64,000 nucleotides of DNA from an uncultured Verrucomicrobiae bacterium. Its GTDB lineage: Bacteria > Verrucomicrobiota > Verrucomicrobiia > Opitutales > JABDGR01. Below the pieces are notes generated by a model. The model was not told the origin of the DNA. It ran no database searches and was given only the letters and a program-made list of their open reading frames with translations. Below, piece by piece: positions 58,366-64,000 of this stretch. Every line of letters begins with the position of its first letter. Position 1 is the first letter of the stretch. The stretch lies in the NCBI GenBank assembly GCA_963765205.1, contig CAVXVB010000002.1:64001-128000 (forward strand). The letters run 5' to 3'. The position numbers were made by a program, and so were the translations under genes.

Positions 58366-59505
58366 TTATTTTTTAGTCGCAGCCTCGGCTAAATGGATAG
58401 CATCTATAACCTTGTTAACACCGACGGTTGTAAATGATACTGTAACAGGACTCTCATCATAGGGCGTAACCCGGATCAGAAAAGAATCAACTTTAGACAA
58501 ATGAGCCATGACTTCGTTCATATCCCCGTCAAAAAAAAGCGCCGTATTATCAGTAGACAAACTCCACTTCTGCTCTTGGGCAGCTTCCTTGCCATAACGA
58601 ACGGTTGCTTGAATATCATCGGTGCCAAGAAAAACACCAAAGTTAACATATCCTTCAGTTTTCCCTTCTTTATATCTGAGAACCATAGTAGGTGTGTGTT
58701 CGCCAAAGCCTGCTTTTATGGAATTGTCCGCGACCAATGTCCCAATTACCGTTTGTGAATCGTCTATAGGGGATATTGTTGTGTCAATTTTCCAAATACC
58801 CACTGCGGATACTTGTGCCGGCATTATGGGTGGCTCTGGTGGAGTTGCAGTCTTATTATTATACATGACAATACATACCCCACAAAACACGATGATAAAG
58901 ATAGTAGTCGCAAAAACCCACCGGGTTTTTGGCGCATAATTTGTAAGGTTGACGAATTCGCCGTTGCAACCGACGCATACCCGCGCGTCCTTATGCACCT
59001 TCGTTTTGCAGACAGAGCAACGCCAGAAAGTGGCCATCCTGCTCCCAATGACCAGCACAACAAATCCGGCAAGAAAAAAAACGATTCCAAAGAAAAAAAA
59101 GATGGTCGTGAAAAAGAAAAGTCCGCTAAAGAACATCAATAAAACACCAATCCCCTGGACCAAACAGCCTATTCCCAACGATTCCGACGTTTTTTCTTTC
59201 GTGATCAGGCTCTTGCTGACAATCACCGCCAGCTTTTTAGGCGGTGTTGCTTGCGTGGGAGGCAGTTGTGGCGGAGGCTCTTGCAGCACTGCCGCGCCCT
59301 CCAATTCTACCCAGGGCGGCGGCGTCATGCCCGCTTGCGTGACATGGATGAGATGCACCCGTTGCCCTGGATTGCTCGCCCGCGTCCACATGGCATCATC
59401 CAGCGTCACGGTCTCCGGTGCCGGTGGCTCCCCGCCAATGCTGATGCACCATTGGTCTGGCAGCGCGTTATCCGCCAGCCATTTTTCGAGCGCGGCCTTC
59501 GTCAT
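58366..59505 (-). CDS. Membrane protein with Zn ribbon and C-terminal VasI/TagO-like domain
   Basis: TMs, CSVC..CVGC, WKIDTTISPIDDS...WSLSTD..ALF...RVTPYDESPVT. Confidence 0.7.
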   Translation of the reverse strand: MTKAALEKWLADNALPDQWCISIGGEPPAPETVTLDDAMWTRASNPGQRVHLIHVTQAGMTPPPWVELEGAAVLQEPPPQLPPTQATPPKKLAVIVSKSLITKEKTSESLGIGCLVQGIGVLLMFFSGLFFFTTIFFFFGIVFFLAGFVVLVIGSRMATFWRCSVCKTKVHKDARVCVGCNGEFVNLTNYAPKTRWVFATTIFIIVFCGVCIVMYNNKTATPPEPPIMPAQVSAVGIWKIDTTISPIDDSQTVIGTLVADNSIKAGFGEHTPTMVLRYKEGKTEGYVNFGVFLGTDDIQATVRYGKEAAQEQKWSLSTDNTALFFDGDMNEVMAHLSKVDSFLIRVTPYDESPVTVSFTTVGVNKVIDAIHLAEAATKK

Positions 59506-60083
59506 GGCCCAATCTTCGCGCTGGCCGCCGCCGTTGGCAACTCCGTTTTGGCGGGGTGTAACATGGCCCACGCCTTGTGCTCGGAAAAGTATTTCACGAA
59601 CGCCGCCGCCCATTCCTTGTCCGCGAACAGCCGCACCGAGTTCCCCTCCAACCACCCCGCTGCCGTGAAGTTCACGCTCCCCTCCCAACAAGTCACCGAG
59701 CCGTCCTTATGCAAGACAACGAACGCCTTCCAATGGAAAATCTCCCTCGGCTCCGGGCTGGGCGCGCCCGCCGTGGTCAGTGTCAATTCACCCGCCGGCA
59801 AAACCGCCGCCAATTCCGCCAGCGCCTTCTTTTCCGCCGGGACGGCGGATTCCGACCGGTCGAGTAGTAAATGCACCTTCGCCCCCGTCCCCTCGTCCTG
59901 CACCAACGCTGCCACCAGTGGCTGCCAGGTGAACGAATAAGCCATGACGTAAATCTCATCCCCTTTGCCCAAACCACTCACCGCGCCCAGCAAAGCCCCC
60001 TGCGCGGCGCTGCGGTCTTCGGGCAGGAAGTAATTTACCTCGGTGTCGACAGCTTGGGCACCAAGCACAAAAACACCAAGCAC
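59502..60083 (-). CDS. Secreted single-domain PLD/Nuc-family nuclease-like protein
   Basis: Signal-like N-terminus, YVMAYSFT, LLLDRS, HWK...EGSVNFT (HKD-type); start uncertain. Confidence 0.8.
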   Translation of the reverse strand: MLGVFVLGAQAVDTEVNYFLPEDRSAAQGALLGAVSGLGKGDEIYVMAYSFTWQPLVAALVQDEGTGAKVHLLLDRSESAVPAEKKALAELAAVLPAGELTLTTAGAPSPEPREIFHWKAFVVLHKDGSVTCWEGSVNFTAAGWLEGNSVRLFADKEWAAAFVKYFSEHKAWAMLHPAKTELPTAAASAKIGP

Positions 60084-60434
60084 TAAAACACATTTAAGAA
60101 TTCGTATCGTCTCTCAGCTAACCCCATCAATCACGCAAAGTTTCAGGCGTAAAGCCGCGAATTGCTCCGCCTCCGCCTTCGTCGCCAGGTCCCGATAATG
60201 ATTGTGCAACAACGTCTTGCCGCCCAAATGGCCGATCACCAGCGGTGTCTTTCCCGCGTCCTGGTAAAGCACCAAATGATAGGTCGCGAACGTGACTGAA
60301 ATTAAATCGATTTTTCGGGGTTGCCGGGGTCTGAGGGTGGGAGTTAGCCGATGGAACTTTCAACTTTGACCCGGTGGCGGTAAAGGGATGAATCGGAGCG
60401 ATAGCAGGAGGCTCAGGCCGCCCCTGCACCTGGC

Positions 60435-61595
60435 CTATTTCGCACGGTGGATGCGACTCAGGGCGTGGTATTGGGCGTGGAGACCGATGGTGCCGAGGAG
60501 GGGTTCGTTTTGGCGTTGGATGGCTTGCTCGTATTCCTGCCGGGCACTTTCGCTAAGCTTGGCGAGGTCAGGAGGGTGCGGGACGGTGAGGGCCAGGATG
60601 AATTCGCGCAGCTTGTAAGCCCAGCGGCGACCAAAGCGACGATTCAGGGAGTCCATATCACGGCAGCCGAAACGTTGGGCGACCAGGGCGACTTTCTTCC
60701 GCCAGACCCTGGCATTGCCACCGACCCAGCAGAATTGCGCCCCGGCCATGCGTTTCTTGGAGGCCGCGCGGGAGCAGCCATACATGCGGTAGCGTTTTTC
60801 ACCGGGTTTGCGGCCCGCGTAGCCTTTGGCGAGGTAGCCCGAGAGGTAGCGGCCCATGGCCTTGCCGCAGGTGCGAATGGGGCAGAGTTGAAAGCGCCCA
60901 AACTTGTAGCGGCGCAGACGGCGCGGTGCAGCTCGTTTGCCAAGCCCAGTGCAGCCAGCGTGACGATTCTTTGACCGCGCCGGTTTGCCCCATAGGTCTA
61001 GCCCGATGGCTTTCCACAGAGCGCGGATGGGGTGATCAAGCGGCGCGGCCTCGCGCATCAGCATCCGATAGACGCCGTCCTGGCCGTGGGTCTTAGCCCG
61101 GCGCTTGGCGGCTTCAAAAGAGTCGAAGCGAAAACCCGTGCGGACATCAAACGGCACCTGGACCAGCAAGTGGAAGTGCCAGGCTCCGTCGGCATGGCGT
61201 TCAATGACGCGCCACCAAGTGCCAGGGAAGTATTTCGGCAGGATGCGACGGCTCAGGCTATGGAAGGCACGTTGCGCTTCTACGTAATCGTAAACCTTCT
61301 TTTCAAAAGTGAGCGTCCATTCCAGGACATGGTCAATGCCGGCCGTGTCGATGAAATCGGCCAAGTTGAGGTGGAGGGCGTAAGCGGCCTTTTTTTGATA
61401 CGAGGTGTTGTCGTTTAGTAAGCTGCCGTTGGTGTTGGGCTTGGAAGCCGACGAAACTGTTTCGTCTCTGTTAATGATTAGTTGACGAGGAAGCGGCTCG
61501 CTACGCTCGCCGCTTCGGGCGGCGGGGGCCGGCGCGCCCGCTGACGCGGGCGCATCCGGCCCCTCGCACGCCCGAGTTGGGATGAGGGCGTTCAT
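60435..61595 (-). CDS. Rolling-circle replication initiator (HUH endonuclease, phasyl Arp-like)
   Basis: Motif I WTLTF, motif II HFHLLV, motif III YLSGYLAK; EAQRAFHSL, DVRTGF, FGR, RWAY. Confidence 0.88.
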   Translation of the reverse strand: MNALIPTRACEGPDAPASAGAPAPAARSGERSEPLPRQLIINRDETVSSASKPNTNGSLLNDNTSYQKKAAYALHLNLADFIDTAGIDHVLEWTLTFEKKVYDYVEAQRAFHSLSRRILPKYFPGTWWRVIERHADGAWHFHLLVQVPFDVRTGFRFDSFEAAKRRAKTHGQDGVYRMLMREAAPLDHPIRALWKAIGLDLWGKPARSKNRHAGCTGLGKRAAPRRLRRYKFGRFQLCPIRTCGKAMGRYLSGYLAKGYAGRKPGEKRYRMYGCSRAASKKRMAGAQFCWVGGNARVWRKKVALVAQRFGCRDMDSLNRRFGRRWAYKLREFILALTVPHPPDLAKLSESARQEYEQAIQRQNEPLLGTIGLHAQYHALSRIHRAK

Positions 61596-61819
61596 GTTCC
61601 CTCCTCCCATTCACGACGTTTAGAAATCGGCCCCTCGACTTTTTCGAGGACGCCGAGTTTTGCTAGGCGGTCAAAGATTGTCTCGCCCGGTGGTTCACCA
61701 GGAGGCCGGAGTTTGCCCTTGCGCCAAGTGCTAAAATGCGGCGCGACCCACGACTTGTCGTAGTTCTGCGCCTTTGCATACCACGATTCCAGCTGCCGTT
61801 GTTTCTCGGGGTCGTTCAT
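61592..61819 (-). CDS. Small hypothetical protein coupled to rep
   Basis: GGAGG RBS; ATGA overlaps at both ends. Confidence 0.65.
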   Translation of the reverse strand: MNDPEKQRQLESWYAKAQNYDKSWVAPHFSTWRKGKLRPPGEPPGETIFDRLAKLGVLEKVEGPISKRREWEEGT

Positions 61820-62042
61820 GGCCGACCTCCTTTCGCGGCATCAACCAACGCAAGGATAGCAGCCCGGATTTCCTCTGGCAGATTTGCCCAGGAGAGGACT
61901 ACTTTGGCAAGGTCTTGCCCCGCGTTGCCGGGAGTAGGTGGGTATTTTGCTGGGTCAGTGTTTTTTTTGGCTTTGGCAAGATTCTCACCGACAACTAACT
62001 TACGATTTTGCTGTAGGGGGTTCGAATTCCCCTTCCGCTTTT
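61816..62042 (-). other. Detached 3' end of the integrase gene
   Basis: Reads KRKGNSNP... in the same frame across att as int (KRKGRDSNP); ends DLAKVVLSWANLPEEIRAAILALV. Confidence 0.75.
62016..62042 (+). repeat. attR: displaced tRNA-Ser 3' fragment with 3-bp deletion
   Basis: GGGGGTTCGAAT---TCCCCTTCCGCTTTT versus 54968-54997. Confidence 0.88.
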
Positions 62043-62304
62043 TTAAGGCATTGATGCAAAGATACTTACGGAGTAATATTCCAAGTATTATTGTGCGGCG
62101 GCAGCGTCGCCGATTCCAAGGCAATATTACCACTGAAGCAGACAGGTCATCTATAACCATACTTCTACCACAGTTTCATTTGAAAATCTGGAATCGGGCG
62201 CAGCCATCCTGCGAACGGGCTTGGGATACCGCGTGATTTCACAAGGGCCGCAGTCTGGCTGCGCCCCACTCTGAAAGACTCGCAGAGGTGGCCGATGACG
62301 AAAT

Positions 62305-63711
62305 TTAGGTCAGGGACAACTTGCCGGTGCTGTCGCCGAGTTTGTCGTCGGAAGCGCCCGCATGGTCGAGCATGGAGAGCCAAAGATTGTTGATGGGCAC
62401 ATCCTTGGCTTCAATGTGACGGCCGGTGTTAATCGTGCCGCCGGCTTTGCCGAGGAGGATGAGCGGCAGGTCGTCATGGTTGTGGCGGTTGCCATCGCTG
62501 TTGCCGCTGCCATAGGCGATGAGGGAGTTGTCGAGGACGGAGCCGTTGCCTTCCTTGATCTTATCGAGTTTGTCGAGGAGGTAGGCGACTTTCTGGAGGT
62601 GGTAGACGTTGATCTTGGCCAGCATGGCCTGTTTGGCGGGGTCGCCCATGTGGTGCGAAGTGCCGTGGTGGGGGACGTTGGCACCGGCCCAAGGATAGCT
62701 CTGGTTGCTCTGCTCGTCGGCGAAAGGCAGCGTGATGACGCGGGTAAGGTCGGCCTGGAAGGCGAGAACCATCATGTCGATCATGAGTTTGAGGTGATCG
62801 TCGTAAAGGGTGCTGGAGGTGGAGACGCCCACGGGCCGGACGCTGCTGCGGTCAAAGGCCTCGGGGCGCACGGCGCCTTCGGGCAACTGCTGGGGCGCTT
62901 CCGTCGCCATGCGCTGCAGCCGCACCTCGATTTCGCGAACGGAGGTGAGGTATTCGTCCAGTTTTTGCTTGTCGGTGGCGGCAAGGCGGTTTTTTTGGAC
63001 CGCACTGGCGTCGTCCAGCACAAAGTCCAAAATGCTTTTGCGGTCGTTCTCGCGGCGGGCGCGGGCTGCGGCGGTTTCGCGCGGGTCGCCATTGGAGAAG
63101 AGGCGGTCGAAGACGGCCTGCGGGTCGCATTCCTTAACCATGGGCGTGTTCTCATTGCGCCAGGAGAGATTGTGGATGTAGGCGCAACTGTAACCGCTGT
63201 CGCAGCGGCCGGATTGCTGGCCTTCTTCCATGCCGAGTTCGAGCGAGGCAAACTTCGTCAGATGGCCGATGCGTTCCGCGGCGGCTTGGTCGGCGGAGAG
63301 GCCGGCCTTGAGGTTGGCGCCCTCGGTCTTGTTGGGCTGGACGCCGGTGAGATACGCGGCCTGGGCGCGGGCGTGGTCGCCGGGGCCGTCGCCATTGGGA
63401 TTGGCCTTGTCGCAAACAAGGCCGCTGATCACGAGCATGCGGTCGCGGTAGGCAGAGAGGGTGCTGAGTGTGGGGGAGAGTTCGTAATCGGCGCCGAAAG
63501 CGGCAGGCGTCCACGTTTGCATGTCGATGCCATTGGGGACATACAGCCAGGCTAGGCGGCGGGGGCCGGCGGCGGCTTTGGCGACGAGGTCGGTGGTGGA
63601 CGCGCCGAACAGGCGGGTCGGAATCATTGATTCAAGGAAGGGCAATGCCAGCGCGGTGCCCAATCCGCGCAGGACCATTCGCCGAGAGAGAGTGGAGGTG
63701 GTGGTGTTCAT
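62305..63711 (-). CDS. DUF1552 domain protein
   Basis: LSRRMVLRGLG..LALPFLESM, YVPNG, GYSCAY..NLSW, RKSILD, LAFQADLTRV, HH..SHH. Confidence 0.92.
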   Translation of the reverse strand: MNTTTSTLSRRMVLRGLGTALALPFLESMIPTRLFGASTTDLVAKAAAGPRRLAWLYVPNGIDMQTWTPAAFGADYELSPTLSTLSAYRDRMLVISGLVCDKANPNGDGPGDHARAQAAYLTGVQPNKTEGANLKAGLSADQAAAERIGHLTKFASLELGMEEGQQSGRCDSGYSCAYIHNLSWRNENTPMVKECDPQAVFDRLFSNGDPRETAAARARRENDRKSILDFVLDDASAVQKNRLAATDKQKLDEYLTSVREIEVRLQRMATEAPQQLPEGAVRPEAFDRSSVRPVGVSTSSTLYDDHLKLMIDMMVLAFQADLTRVITLPFADEQSNQSYPWAGANVPHHGTSHHMGDPAKQAMLAKINVYHLQKVAYLLDKLDKIKEGNGSVLDNSLIAYGSGNSDGNRHNHDDLPLILLGKAGGTINTGRHIEAKDVPINNLWLSMLDHAGASDDKLGDSTGKLSLT

Positions 63712-64000
63712 GAGTTATCCTCGGTTTGTTTGCCGTGTTGTTTTTGAAAGGCATCGCTATGCACAATGGCGTTGATCAAGGCGGAGAATTTATCGCCGTT
63801 TTTTTGCAGGGAGTCAACAATGTTGGCGAGGGTGCGCTGGTCGGCAGGCTCAGTGCCGCGGCCTAGGGCGTAGGTCAGCATCCGCTTGGCCAGGCATTGG
63901 CAAAACTGTTGTTGTTGGGATAGCAGAATTTTCTTCAGATCCTTGGCGCCGTTGATGGTGGTTCCGTCGGGAAGCTGGCCGGAGGCGTCAATCGGCGCTT
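63708..64000 (-). CDS. DUF1592/DUF1588/DUF1585-type protein, C-terminal part
   Basis: PIDASGQLPDG...MLTYALGRG...FSALINAIVHSDAF; ATGA-coupled to DUF1552 gene. Confidence 0.88.
   Translation of the reverse strand, partial: APIDASGQLPDGTTINGAKDLKKILLSQQQQFCQCLAKRMLTYALGRGTEPADQRTLANIVDSLQKNGDKFSALINAIVHSDAFQKQHGKQTEDNS

Larger units (their letters stand above)
54968..62042. mobile_element. ~7.05-kb integrative rolling-circle element at tRNA-Ser
   Basis: tRNA 3' end repeated at 62016-62042 (3-bp deletion); int, xis, HUH Rep, low-GC cargo. Confidence 0.88.

Noticed and set aside
58366..58830. Type VI secretion locus
   Set aside because: Only a VasI/TagO-like domain; no structural T6SS genes
54968..62042. 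Complete inovirus prophage
   Set aside because: No Zot/pI ATPase, small coat proteins or ssDNA-binding gene recognised

Overview
GC-rich bacterial chromosome window. Fused ccoNO, DUF5069, DUF1552/DUF1592 genes and short tandem intergenic repeats suggest Verrucomicrobiota/PVC (inference). The backbone carries a bacillithiol-type cluster (short bshC-like gene, bshB1, bshA), a cbb3 oxidase operon, thyA-folA, htpG-rlmM-trmH-glycogen debranching enzyme, obgE, a Rieske/cytochrome b-c pair, metF and four tRNAs (Glu-CTC, Ala-CGC, Gly-GCC, Ser-TGA). There are two ~7 kb tRNA-integrated elements. (1) 13563-20398 at tRNA-Glu is a PICI-like phage satellite: integrase, AlpA/Xis, helicase, iteron-rich origin, primase and Nu1-like terminase small subunit. 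(2) 54968-62042 at tRNA-Ser is an integrative rolling-circle element with a phasyl-Arp-like HUH Rep. Its att site lies inside the integrase gene. Excision would restore the integrase C-terminus in frame and join promoter-regulator-xis-int to orf-rep as one ATGA-coupled operon; this is the most striking observation. Also present: two apparently identical inverted IS5-family copies, IS110 remnants, a signal-peptide mini-RHS toxin/immunity pair, damaged toxin-antitoxin genes, and a cluster of single-base frameshifts at 37-40.5 kb that may be sequencing errors. All family calls come from motif recognition by eye; no database searches were run.
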